Source: Roseivirga sp. (GTDB taxonomy: Bacteria; Bacteroidota; Bacteroidia; Cytophagales; Cyclobacteriaceae). From it: a DNA stretch of 37,214 nucleotides. Shown here piece after piece: positions 1 to 9,823 of the stretch. Location of the stretch: assembly GCA_047636255.1 (NCBI GenBank), contig JBLIKG010000001.1:1-37214 (forward strand), given 5' to 3'. The notes below the pieces were generated by a model, which was not told the DNA's origin, made no database searches, and saw only the letters and a list, made by a program, of their open reading frames with translations. The position numbers and the translations under genes are program-made. How positions within the stretch are numbered: position 1 is the first letter of the stretch; every line of letters starts with the position of its first letter.

Positions 1-2378
1 TTTTTACGGTGTTCATGGGCTATATGGCGCGTGATGTAAAAATGGCTTTCAATTTTAATACGGCCGTTCCAGAAACAGACGAGAATTATAAGTACTTCCA
101 GAATTTTAAAAAGAACTTTGGGGAAGATGGAAATATTCTTGTGTTGGGCTTGAAAGACAGTAGTCTTTATGAGCTCGATAACTTCCTTAAGTACGAGGCG
201 CTAAATAAAAAATTACAAAACGTTGATGGAATCACCAATGTTATTTCGTTAGCAACGCTTCAGAACATCACCAAAAATCAAGACAGTCGCAGTTTTGAAC
301 TTTCTCCACTCATTCGACAAAGCCCTACATCTCAGGCAGAATTAGATTCTATAATGGCTGTTGCTTTGAATCTAAAGTTCTACAGCGGTCAGTTGATGAA
401 TGTTAAGAACGGTGCTACACTGGTTCTGATCACCATGGATCGGGAAGTGCTTAATTCTAAACTTAGGAATGATGTAGTTGCCGAGATCCAAGGCATTGGC
501 GCTCAGTTTACCACAGATTCAGGCATCGAGCTCCATTATTCGGGAATGCCGTTTGTGCGAACCATAATGCAAGAAATGACAGCCAAGGAACTCAAGCTAT
601 TCATTGGGCTTTCTATAGCCATCACAGCCCTTATCTTATTCCTCTTTTTCAGGTCATGGACAGCCGTTGTTTTTCCATTGATTGTAATTGGAGTGGTTGT
701 CACCTGGGTTTTGGGCACCCTAGGAATCCTTCAGTACAATATTAATGTTCTCACAGGCTTAATTCCGTCAATCATCATTGTAATCGGTATTCCCAATTCG
801 ATTTACTTACTGAATAAATACCATCAGGAATTTGCCAAACATGGTAATAAAATGAAGGCGCTTAGCTTGATGATCAGAAAAATTGGCTTGGTGACTTTAA
901 TTACCAATTTCACAACGGCCATCGGCTTTTTGGTTTTGGTGACTACGGACATTACCCTCTTGAAGGAGTTCGGCTTGGTTGCGGGGATAAATATTCTAGC
1001 CACTTTCGTGGTGAGCATGGTTTTAATCCCTGGCATCTTTTCTTATTTGCCAGCACCAAAGCCTGCTCAACTTAAGCATTTAGAGTTTAAATTTCTTGGC
1101 CGCTTCTTAACGCTTCTTGATTTACTCGTTCATAGACATCGTTATCGTGTCTTCATTGTTACCATAGTTGTGGTGGCACTTTCAGTATTTGGAATCAGCA
1201 AGCTTTACTCCGTTGCCTATATGGTTGACGATATCCCTGAGGAGTCACAGTTAAAACAAGATCTCTACTTCTTTGAAGAAAACTTCAGCGGTGTGCTTCC
1301 TTTAGAAATTATCATTGACTTTGGTAAACCTCGATCTTCGCTCAATGCACGCAATTTGCGCAAAGTAGAAAGACTCGAAGAAGGTTTGGACTCTATCAAT
1401 TTTGTTTCGCAACCCGTTTCAATTGTAAGCTTTGCCAAAGCTGTGCGCCAGGCCTACTATAATGGTGATTCAAAACGATACAGTTTGCCAAGCCCAAGTG
1501 ACAGAAATGCGATACTAAGTTATTTGAGCAATCAAAACGACAATAAAACCTTCCTCAACAGCTTTGTAGACACCACAGGCCAAGTGCTCCGTGTTTCCCT
1601 CAAGACTTGGGACCTTGGTTCTGTCAAAATGGATTCCTTAATCACTAATGTTATCGAACCTCGAATTGAAGAAGTTTTTGGCGATGACCTAGACATTCAA
1701 ACCAGTGTTACTGGTTCAACTTTGCTTTTCGTAAAGGGAAATAAATTTCTTATTGAAAACTTAAGGATGTCTTTGCTATTGGCTTTTGCCATTATCGCGA
1801 TTATCATGGCCATTTTGTTCGCCAATATAAGAATGATCATTATCTCAATGGTGCCAAACTTTATTCCTCTTATTCTGACAGCAGGAATAATGGGTTACTT
1901 TGGTATCCCATTGAAACCAAGTACCGCCTTAATATTTAGCATTGCCTTCGGTATTTCTGTTGACGACTCCATTCACTTTTTGGCAAAATACAGACAAGAA
2001 CTTTTTGCGAATAAGTTCTTCGTTCCAATCGCTATAAGCAAAAGTATTAAGGAAACTGGGGCAAGTATGCTTTATACCTCGATTGTGCTTTTCTTCGGAT
2101 TTGTAATTTTTGTGTTTTCCGATTTTGGAGGCACAGTCGCACTAGGTTTATTGACTTCGCTTACCCTTTTATTTGCCATGGTGACGAACCTTACGGTATT
2201 ACCAGCATTACTTATGGTATTTGACAGCGGTAAAAGAGACAAAAACCGACATCCTTTGATCGAGCACTATGAATTTTATGTCGAAGATGAAGACGAAGAA
2301 ATTGATACTCAAAATTTGCTAATTAAAAGCAATGACCCGTTTGTTGGTTCAACAGACAAAGAAAAGAAAGATTCCTAA
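1..2378 (+). CDS. MMPL/RND superfamily transporter (5'-truncated by window edge)
   Basis: Frame is open from position 3 (TTT ACG GTG TTC ATG...), so the real start lies upstream. Two repeats of a large periplasmic loop plus a TM bundle; second-half motif GISVDDSIH typical of MMPL/RND; acidic C-terminal tail. Confidence 0.88.
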   Translation, partial: FTVFMGYMARDVKMAFNFNTAVPETDENYKYFQNFKKNFGEDGNILVLGLKDSSLYELDNFLKYEALNKKLQNVDGITNVISLATLQNITKNQDSRSFELSPLIRQSPTSQAELDSIMAVALNLKFYSGQLMNVKNGATLVLITMDREVLNSKLRNDVVAEIQGIGAQFTTDSGIELHYSGMPFVRTIMQEMTAKELKLFIGLSIAITALILFLFFRSWTAVVFPLIVIGVVVTWVLGTLGILQYNINVLTGLIPSIIIVIGIPNSIYLLNKYHQEFAKHGNKMKALSLMIRKIGLVTLITNFTTAIGFLVLVTTDITLLKEFGLVAGINILATFVVSMVLIPGIFSYLPAPKPAQLKHLEFKFLGRFLTLLDLLVHRHRYRVFIVTIVVVALSVFGISKLYSVAYMVDDIPEESQLKQDLYFFEENFSGVLPLEIIIDFGKPRSSLNARNLRKVERLEEGLDSINFVSQPVSIVSFAKAVRQAYYNGDSKRYSLPSPSDRNAILSYLSNQNDNKTFLNSFVDTTGQVLRVSLKTWDLGSVKMDSLITNVIEPRIEEVFGDDLDIQTSVTGSTLLFVKGNKFLIENLRMSLLLAFAIIAIIMAILFANIRMIIISMVPNFIPLILTAGIMGYFGIPLKPSTALIFSIAFGISVDDSIHFLAKYRQELFANKFFVPIAISKSIKETGASMLYTSIVLFFGFVIFVFSDFGGTVALGLLTSLTLLFAMVTNLTVLPALLMVFDSGKRDKNRHPLIEHYEFYVEDEDEEIDTQNLLIKSNDPFVGSTDKEKKDS

Positions 2379-2416
2379 AAGCCATTTTCGGCTTAGCCCT
2401 TAAAACAAGGAGTAAA

Positions 2417-5400
2417 TTGAAAAAGTACAACGAATATAAGAATCCGAATTATGCTGAAATAGGAGAGCAAATGCTCGATTTCTGGAAGAAGAATGGCATA
2501 TTCGAAAAATCTGTAGATACAAGAGAAGGGCAACCTTCTTTTACCTTTTATGAGGGTCCACCATCAGCCAATGGTACACCCGGAATTCACCATGTAATGG
2601 CGAGGACCGTAAAGGACATTTTCTGCCGTTACAAAACTCAAAAAGGCTTTCAGGTAAAAAGAAAAGGGGGCTGGGATACCCATGGGCTTCCTGTCGAGCT
2701 TCAAGTAGAAAAGGAATTAGGCATTACCAAAGAAGACATCGGCAAAAAGATTTCTGTAGAAGAATACAATCAGAAATGTCGAGAGGCGGTAATGAAATTC
2801 AAAGACCAATGGGATGACCTTACTGAAAAGATGGGCTATTGGGTAGACCTAGAAAACCCATACATCACTTTCGAAACTAATTACATTGAAACCCTTTGGT
2901 CGCTTTTAAAACGACTTTACGATAAAGACCTTATCTATAAAGGCTATACCATTCAGCCTTACTCTCCAGCGGCAGGTACAGGCCTTAGCTCTCATGAATT
3001 AAACCAGCCAGGCACTTACCAAGATGTGAAAGACACATCTATGACCGCCATGTTTAAGGTAGAAGGTACTGAAAACGACTTCTTCTTGGCTTGGACCACT
3101 ACGCCTTGGACATTGCCAGCCAACAACGGTTTGGCTGTAGGCGCTGGTATTGAATATGTAAAAGTCAAAACCTTCAACCAATACACTTTTGAGCCAATCA
3201 ATGTGATTTTGGCAAAAGAAAGATTGGCTTCATTCTTTAGTGATAAGGCGAAAGATATTAAGCTCGAAGATTATAAGCCCAACGATAAGTTAATCCCTTA
3301 TGAGGTATTAGAAAGCTTCAAAGGCCGCGATTTAGCTGGTAAAAGCTATGAGCAATTAATGCCTTACATTCCTTTAGAAAAACCCGCTTTCACTGTTGTG
3401 ATCGGTGATTTTGTAACTACGGAAGATGGTACGGGTATCGTTCATATTTCAAAAACTTTTGGTGCAGACGATTACCGGGTTTCGGTAATGAATAACATGC
3501 CAGGCGTTTTTGTAAAAGACGAAGAAGGAAAGGATGTTCCGATCGTGAACAAGCAAGGAAAGTACGTGGCGGAAATCACGGATTTTGCTGGCATGTACGT
3601 GAAGAACGAATATTATTCTGACGAAGAACGTCCTGAAAAATCACTCGATGTTTTGATTTCCATCAAACTGAAGGAAGAAAACAGGGCTTTCAAAGTAGAA
3701 AAATACGAACACTCCTATCCGCATTGCTGGAGAACCGATAAGCCGATTTTGTACTATCCGCTGGATTCTTGGTTCATCAAAACCACGGCATTCAAAGATC
3801 GAATGGTGGCTTTGAATAAAACCATTAATTGGAAACCCGCTTCAACGGGTGAGGGCCGTTTTGGCAACTGGCTAGAAAACCTTGTGGATTGGAATTTGAG
3901 CCGTTCACGCTATTGGGGAACTCCATTGCCAATTTGGGTTTCAGAAGATAAAAAAGAACAAAAATGCATAGGCTCATTGGCCGAGTTAAAAGCGGAAGTT
4001 GAAAAATCAGTTGCGGCTGGTTTTATGACAGAAAGCTTAGGCGAAGACTTCGATTTACATAGACCTTATGTTGACGATGTATATTTAGTGAGTGATTCTG
4101 GTCAAAAAATGACTAGAGAAGCCGACCTTATAGATGTTTGGTTCGATTCGGGCGCCATGCCTTATGCGCAATGGCATTATCCTTTCGAAAACAAAGAAAT
4201 TTTCGAATCGAATTTCCCTGCCGACTTTATTGCCGAAGGTGTAGATCAAACCCGTGGTTGGTTCTTTACGCTTCATGCTTTGGCCGTAATGTTAGAAGAC
4301 AAAGTAGCTTTCAAAAACGTAATCGCCAACGGCTTGGTGCTCGACAAAAGCGGTAATAAAATGTCGAAACGTTTGGGCAATGCCATCAACCCGTTTGAAA
4401 CGATCAACAACTTTGGTCCGGATGCCACACGTTGGTACATGATTTCGAACGCAAACCCTTGGGACAACCTCAAATTCAATATTGAAGGAGTAGGCGAAGT
4501 ACAAAGAAGGTTCTTCGGAACACTTCAAAATACCTATGCTTTCTTTGCGCTTTATGCCAATTTAGATGGTTTTACTTTTGAGGATGCTGAAATTCCTTTG
4601 AACGAAAGGCCAGAAAGTGATCGTTGGATTCTTTCTCGATTGAACAGTTTAATCAAAGAAGTAGACCAAGCCTATAACGACTATGAGCCTACGCGTGCTT
4701 CACGAGCGATCATGGATTTTGTGACCGATGAGGTGAGTAACTGGTATGTGCGTTTGAACAGAAAACGTTTCTGGAAAGGCGATTACGACCAAGGCAAGAA
4801 AGCAGCCTATCAAACGCTTTATACTTGTCTGGTCACCGTAGCTAAACTAGCTGCTCCGATCGCGCCATTCTATATGGATCGCTTGTATAAAGACTTAAAT
4901 GCAGTTTCTGGTAAAGAAAAATTTGAATCCGTACACCTTTCCGATTTCCCAGTTGTGAATGAAGCTTGCATTAATGCAGATTTAGAAACGCAAATGATCT
5001 TGGCGCAAACCATTTCGTCTTTGACGCATTCTATTCGTAAGAAGGAAAAAATCAAAGTACGTCAGCCATTAACTAAAGTGATGGTGCCTGTTTTGGATGA
5101 AAAGACCAAGCAGTACATAGAGGCGGTTCAAGATTTGATCATGACGGAAGTCAATGTTAAGTCTGTCGAATTCATTGATGATGCTTCGGGCATATTGGTG
5201 AAAAAGGTGAAGCCAAACTTTCGTAGTTTAGGTCAAAAATTTGGCCCTAAAATGAAGCTAGTTTCAGCGGCCATTGGACAATGGACTAAAACTGAAATTG
5301 CTGCCATCGAAAAGAACGGAAGCCTAGATATTAACTTAGAAGGAGAAGTGGCAACGCTCTCTTTAGATGATGTTGAAATCTCTAGCGAAGACATTCCAGG

Positions 5401-5722
5401 ATGGTCAGTAGCCAGCGAAGGTAAAGTAACGGTGGCTTTAGATATCTCGATTACAGAAGAGCTCCGTGCCGAAGGCATAGCCCGTGATTTTGTCAATAGG
5501 ATTCAAAACCTAAGGAAAGATTCAGGTATGGACGTGCAAGACAAGATCAACATCTTGGTAGCTAAAAACGAAGACCTGATCAATTCGGCATTGACCACTA
5601 ATAAGGATTATATCTGTGAAGAAACTCAGGCGGTAAGTTTAGAAATCGTTGAAATGCTTTCTAATGCCGAAACCATTGAGATTGACGACTGGACGATTAA
5701 TTTGAAGATCACGGTTAATTAA
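2417..5722 (+). CDS. ileS: Isoleucine--tRNA ligase, type 2 (IleRS2)
   Basis: FYEGPPSANGTPGIHH (HIGH-equivalent), GWDTHGLP, WTTTPWTLP editing motif, YPHCWR, SRSRYWGTPLP, EGVDQTRGWF, KMSKR. Long C-terminal extension with no zinc finger indicates type 2. TTG start. Confidence 0.98.
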   Translation: MKKYNEYKNPNYAEIGEQMLDFWKKNGIFEKSVDTREGQPSFTFYEGPPSANGTPGIHHVMARTVKDIFCRYKTQKGFQVKRKGGWDTHGLPVELQVEKELGITKEDIGKKISVEEYNQKCREAVMKFKDQWDDLTEKMGYWVDLENPYITFETNYIETLWSLLKRLYDKDLIYKGYTIQPYSPAAGTGLSSHELNQPGTYQDVKDTSMTAMFKVEGTENDFFLAWTTTPWTLPANNGLAVGAGIEYVKVKTFNQYTFEPINVILAKERLASFFSDKAKDIKLEDYKPNDKLIPYEVLESFKGRDLAGKSYEQLMPYIPLEKPAFTVVIGDFVTTEDGTGIVHISKTFGADDYRVSVMNNMPGVFVKDEEGKDVPIVNKQGKYVAEITDFAGMYVKNEYYSDEERPEKSLDVLISIKLKEENRAFKVEKYEHSYPHCWRTDKPILYYPLDSWFIKTTAFKDRMVALNKTINWKPASTGEGRFGNWLENLVDWNLSRSRYWGTPLPIWVSEDKKEQKCIGSLAELKAEVEKSVAAGFMTESLGEDFDLHRPYVDDVYLVSDSGQKMTREADLIDVWFDSGAMPYAQWHYPFENKEIFESNFPADFIAEGVDQTRGWFFTLHALAVMLEDKVAFKNVIANGLVLDKSGNKMSKRLGNAINPFETINNFGPDATRWYMISNANPWDNLKFNIEGVGEVQRRFFGTLQNTYAFFALYANLDGFTFEDAEIPLNERPESDRWILSRLNSLIKEVDQAYNDYEPTRASRAIMDFVTDEVSNWYVRLNRKRFWKGDYDQGKKAAYQTLYTCLVTVAKLAAPIAPFYMDRLYKDLNAVSGKEKFESVHLSDFPVVNEACINADLETQMILAQTISSLTHSIRKKEKIKVRQPLTKVMVPVLDEKTKQYIEAVQDLIMTEVNVKSVEFIDDASGILVKKVKPNFRSLGQKFGPKMKLVSAAIGQWTKTEIAAIEKNGSLDINLEGEVATLSLDDVEISSEDIPGWSVASEGKVTVALDISITEELRAEGIARDFVNRIQNLRKDSGMDVQDKINILVAKNEDLINSALTTNKDYICEETQAVSLEIVEMLSNAETIEIDDWTINLKITVN

Positions 5723-5727
5723 ACGAC

Positions 5728-6339
5728 TTGAATTTCAAGTATTCGAAATACTTCCTCCTCACTTTGGCTGCAATCCTAGTTGATCAAGCAGTCAAACTTT
5801 ATGTACACTTTAATATGGTACTTGGCCAAAGTGGGGAGGTCAATGTTTTTGGCGAATGGTTCAAGCTTCATTACATATTGAATGAAGGAATGGCATTTGG
5901 CCTTCGTTTCGGGTCAGAATGGGGGAAATTGGGGCTTACCGCTTTTAGAATGGCTGCCATGGTTTTTATCACCGTCTTTCTCTACAAGCTTGCTAAAAAA
6001 GGAATGAACTCTGGGCTGCTATGGAGCATGGCATTAATCCTTGGAGGAGCCATTGGCAACGTAATTGACAGTATTTTTTATGGCGTCTTTCTAAACAACG
6101 CTCCTTACGATGCCATTACCCCATGGTTTCACGGCAAAGTTGTCGACATGTTCTATCTAGATCTTTGGGAAGGCTATGTAGCAGACTGGGTACCTCTTTG
6201 GGGCGGAAAGCAAATCGCACTTTGGCCTATCTTCAATGTAGCAGACATGTGCATTTTCGCGGGTGTAGCGTTGATCCTAGTTTTTCAAAAGCGGTTTTTT
6301 GGTGTTCATTCTGAAAAATCTGAAATCGAAACCCATTAA
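5728..6339 (+). CDS. lspA: Lipoprotein signal peptidase (SPase II)
   Basis: DQAVK, NEGMAFG, GAIGNVID, VVDM and PIFNVAD motifs; 5 bp after ileS (classic ileS-lspA linkage); TTG start. Confidence 0.95.
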   Translation: MNFKYSKYFLLTLAAILVDQAVKLYVHFNMVLGQSGEVNVFGEWFKLHYILNEGMAFGLRFGSEWGKLGLTAFRMAAMVFITVFLYKLAKKGMNSGLLWSMALILGGAIGNVIDSIFYGVFLNNAPYDAITPWFHGKVVDMFYLDLWEGYVADWVPLWGGKQIALWPIFNVADMCIFAGVALILVFQKRFFGVHSEKSEIETH

Positions 6340-6476
6340 GAATACTAAACAATAGCATTCAAATCATACCTCACTTCTTGCTTAAGATTTTTTAATACTA
6401 GAAAAAGGTATAAATATTTCTTATTTCAATCATAATCTTATACTTTAACTGCCTAAATAGTTTTTAAAGATCAGAT

Positions 6477-9332
6477 ATGAAAAACCGACTTATCAAATTA
6501 AGCGTCTGGGCCCTGTTTTTACTTGCCCTTCCATTGTCTACTTATGGCTTTCAAGAGCTTCCTAAAGACCCATCAGTAAAGATTGGTCAACTCGAAAATG
6601 GCTTCACTTACTATATAAGACAGAATGCTAAACCAGATAATCGCATCGAATTTAGATTGGCAATAAAGGCTGGCTCTATTGTAGAGGATGATGATCAGCA
6701 AGGTCTAGCCCACTTTACAGAGCACATGCTTTTTAATGGCACCAAAAACTTTGAAAAGAACGAACTCATAAGCTTTCTTCAAAAAATGGGACTCGAATTT
6801 GGTGGCGATCTCAACGCCTATACAAGCTTCGATGAAACCGTTTATATTCTTCCTATACCTGTAGAAGACAAAGAAAATCTAGATAAAGCCCTCACTGTTT
6901 TAAGTGATTGGGCACACAATGCCACTTTTGACAATGAAGAAATTGATAAAGAAAGAGGCGTTGTGATGGAAGAATGGCGTCTAAGACTAGGTGCTTACGA
7001 GCGCATGAGACAAAAAACTTGGCCAGTTGTATTGGCAGGTTCGCGCTATGCAGAGAGATTACCTATTGGCAAACCAGAAGTACTTGCCAATTTTAAATAT
7101 GATGCCGCCAAAAGATTTTATCGTGACTGGTATCGCCCAGATTTAATGGGTATCATCGCTGTAGGTGATTTTGACCCAGCCGAAATGGAAGCTAAAATCA
7201 AAGAATATTTTGGGTCGATTAAAAACCCTGCGAATCCTAGAGAAAGGAAATATTACGATCTACCACCATTCAAAGGTACCCGAGTGGCAATAGCCACAGA
7301 TGATGAAGCCACGGGAAGTACAATTTCTGTAAGCTTTATCACTCCAGGAATCAACGAGCCAGAAAATACCAAAAACGCATTCAGAGAAAATATAGTGAAT
7401 GGACTTTATGCTCAAATGATCAACCAGAGATTAAGCGAAAAAGTCCAATCAGAAAACCCTCCTTATTTATTTAGCTTCAGTGGCTATGGCGGTTCTTTAG
7501 GCAAAGACAAAGAAGAGTATAGCATCTATGTAAGTGTTAAAGATGGGATGTTCAAGGAAGGACTCAAAGCAGCTATGGTTGAAAACGAAAGAGTGAGACG
7601 CCATGGCTTTACCGAAGGTGAGCTAGAAAGAGTAAAAGCGCTTTATCTTAATTCATTTGATAGAAGAGTTAAAGAAGACGACAAACAAGAGTCTGGTAGA
7701 ATCATTGGTGCTTATGTGCAGCATTTCTTAGATGGTGGAACCCTGTTAAGCGCTAGGCAACAATTGGATCTTGTAAACGAGCTAATGCCAAACATTAAAG
7801 TGGAAGAAATAAATAACTTGGTCAAAAACTGGATTACAGAAGACAACCAAACTATCACTATTGAAGCTAAATCTGATCAGGAAGCAAATATTCCTTCCGA
7901 AAGTGAATTAAAATCCATTATGACAGGCGTAAGAAGCGACCAATCTATCGAGCCTTATGCAGAAGAAAAATTGGCATCAGCCCTAATGACCTCAGCCCCA
8001 AAGGCAGGGAAAATCAAAAGTGAAAGTACAAATGAGATAACTGGTATCACTAAACTTGAATTATCGAATGGCGCCACTGTTTATTTAAAACCTACTGATT
8101 TTAAGAATGATGAAGTTAGAATGAGTGCATATAGCGATGGCGGAGCCTCATTATACTCAGCTGATGAATTCATGAGCGTAACCAACTCAAACGAAGTAGT
8201 ATCTCAGTTAGGTCTAGGAGAATTCAGTCAAATCGACCTAGGTAAATTCATGACGGGCAAAACGGCTTCTGCACGTTCATTCATTAGCCAATACGAGGAA
8301 GGCATGTCAGGTTTTTCTAGCCTTAAAGACTTAGATACCTTCTTTCAAATGGTATATCTCAAATTTACGACAGTTAGAGAAGATGAAGCTGCCTTTAACA
8401 GTTGGTTAACCAGAACTAAAACACTTTATAGCAATTTTGGATCAAGCCCAGACATCAAGTATCAAATTGAATCTCAAAAGATTCTATATGGTGATAACCC
8501 TTGGGTTCGTGGCCTTCCTACCCCAGAAGAAATGGATCAAATCTCTTATAAGCGTGCGATTGAGGTATATAAAGAGCGATTTGCAGATGCAAGCGATTTT
8601 AGCTTCGTGTTTGTCGGTAACATCGACATGAAGACTTTTAAGCCGATGCTGGAACAATACATTGCAAGCCTACCTGCAACGAACAGTAAAGAGTCATTTA
8701 AAGATTTGAACATACAGCCCGTTTCAGGAGTGGTCAACGAGAATGTCTACGCTGGAGTCGATGATAAAAGTAACGTAACCATCACCCTAAGCGGTGACTA
8801 TGATTATTCTTTAGAAGACAATGGGCTAATGACAGCTGCAGCCAGCATTTTAACTAACAAAATGATCGAAACCTTGCGAGAAGATATGGGTGGCGTATAT
8901 GGAGTTGGAGCAAGAGCATCTTTGTCCAGTACCCCTAAAGAGCAATTCACTTTTACAATTTCCTTTCCATGCAAGCCCGACAACGCTGATGCGCTAGCCG
9001 AAGCTGCTCTGAATGAATTAGAAAAACTCAAAAATGGTGAATTCACTGATGAGGATTTACAAAAGGTAATCACCGCAAGGGTTCAGAATTTTGATGAACA
9101 AGTGAAAACAAACAATTATTGGGAATCAGTAATCAAATCCTATTCAAAATCTGAAGATGGATTCGAAGAGATTTTGAAATCCAACGATCGAGCAAAGTCC
9201 ATTACCAAAGATCAGATTGTGGCTGCTGCTAACAAATACCTAACTGGCGAAAATATAGTTAAGATTATTAAACTGCCTGACGGATATAAAAAAGGAGACA
9301 CTAATCTGAGCCAAGAAATCAAGAAGAATTAA
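6477..9332 (+). CDS. M16 family zinc metallopeptidase (PqqL/pitrilysin-like), exported
   Basis: N-terminal signal peptide, inverted zinc motif HFTEH (HxxEH), NAYTSFDETVY, FYRDWYRPD, LREDMGGVY; about 950 aa four-domain M16 architecture. Confidence 0.93.
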   Translation: MKNRLIKLSVWALFLLALPLSTYGFQELPKDPSVKIGQLENGFTYYIRQNAKPDNRIEFRLAIKAGSIVEDDDQQGLAHFTEHMLFNGTKNFEKNELISFLQKMGLEFGGDLNAYTSFDETVYILPIPVEDKENLDKALTVLSDWAHNATFDNEEIDKERGVVMEEWRLRLGAYERMRQKTWPVVLAGSRYAERLPIGKPEVLANFKYDAAKRFYRDWYRPDLMGIIAVGDFDPAEMEAKIKEYFGSIKNPANPRERKYYDLPPFKGTRVAIATDDEATGSTISVSFITPGINEPENTKNAFRENIVNGLYAQMINQRLSEKVQSENPPYLFSFSGYGGSLGKDKEEYSIYVSVKDGMFKEGLKAAMVENERVRRHGFTEGELERVKALYLNSFDRRVKEDDKQESGRIIGAYVQHFLDGGTLLSARQQLDLVNELMPNIKVEEINNLVKNWITEDNQTITIEAKSDQEANIPSESELKSIMTGVRSDQSIEPYAEEKLASALMTSAPKAGKIKSESTNEITGITKLELSNGATVYLKPTDFKNDEVRMSAYSDGGASLYSADEFMSVTNSNEVVSQLGLGEFSQIDLGKFMTGKTASARSFISQYEEGMSGFSSLKDLDTFFQMVYLKFTTVREDEAAFNSWLTRTKTLYSNFGSSPDIKYQIESQKILYGDNPWVRGLPTPEEMDQISYKRAIEVYKERFADASDFSFVFVGNIDMKTFKPMLEQYIASLPATNSKESFKDLNIQPVSGVVNENVYAGVDDKSNVTITLSGDYDYSLEDNGLMTAAASILTNKMIETLREDMGGVYGVGARASLSSTPKEQFTFTISFPCKPDNADALAEAALNELEKLKNGEFTDEDLQKVITARVQNFDEQVKTNNYWESVIKSYSKSEDGFEEILKSNDRAKSITKDQIVAAANKYLTGENIVKIIKLPDGYKKGDTNLSQEIKKN

Positions 9333-9356
9333 TTCGTTTAATTTGGTTAGAGAAAG

Positions 9357-9387
9357 AGGTCGGCAAATTGTCGGCCTTTTTTGTTTT
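9357..9387 (+). terminator. Rho-independent terminator after M16 peptidase
   Basis: AGGTCGGCA-AAT-TGTCGGCCT stem (two G-U pairs) followed by TTTTTGTTTT, about 25 nt after the stop codon. Confidence 0.7.
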
Positions 9388-9388
9388 C

Positions 9389-9432
9389 AATGTTACCTTA
9401 ATGTTAATTATATATTACGTTAATATTTCTTA
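9389..9432. repeat. Four degenerate tandem 11-bp repeats, putative response-regulator binding array
   Basis: AATGTTACCTT / AATGTTAATTA / TATATTACGTT / AATATTTCTTA in exact 11-bp phase, abutting a -7 promoter element. Confidence 0.45.
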
Positions 9433-9438
9433 CCTTTG
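9431..9438 (+). promoter_or_regulatory. Bacteroidota sigma-A -7 element
   Basis: TACCTTTG matches TAnnTTTG, about 30 nt upstream of the ATG at 9468 and just downstream of a terminator. Confidence 0.65.
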
Positions 9439-9467
9439 ATGGTTATTCACCATAAAAATACGGAGGC

Positions 9468-9818
9468 ATGGAAACTGAAAAGGTAATAGAAGGAAGAATT
9501 GAAGAGTTAAAGTGGAAGTCTTTACCTCCTTTCGATAGATTAGTTCAAAACAAAGAAAGTTTACAAAACAATAAATTCAATACTAAGGAAAGACTTAAAG
9601 AACTTAATTGGTACTTACTTTCCTCTAATGTACTCATTATAATGATGTCCATTGGAGTAGTCGTATCCATGTTTCTCGAAGAAGTCAGCCTTGAGTTAGT
9701 ATGGTTCTTCATTTTTGCCCTTGCGTTACTGCTCGCTCAAAGACTCGAGCTCAATTATAGATTAAGCAATCTTAATGAAGTAAAATTCTTAAAGAAATTA
9801 AGGAAAGAGATTAAATAG
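9468..9818 (+). CDS. Small hypothetical membrane protein (two TM helices, basic C-terminus)
   Basis: 116-aa ORF with its own promoter; hydrophobic stretches VLIIMMSIGVVVSMFL and LVWFFIFALALLLA; no recognisable family. Confidence 0.7.
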   Translation: METEKVIEGRIEELKWKSLPPFDRLVQNKESLQNNKFNTKERLKELNWYLLSSNVLIIMMSIGVVVSMFLEEVSLELVWFFIFALALLLAQRLELNYRLSNLNEVKFLKKLRKEIK

Positions 9819-9823
9819 TTGCT

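Noticed and set aside
2379-2416. T-box or other leader RNA upstream of ileS
   Set aside because: The intergenic region is only 38 bp, with no room or motif for such an element.
9462-9466. GGAGG Shine-Dalgarno-like sequence before the ATG at 9468
   Set aside because: It is only 1 nt from the start codon, too close for canonical SD function, and SD use is rare in this phylum.
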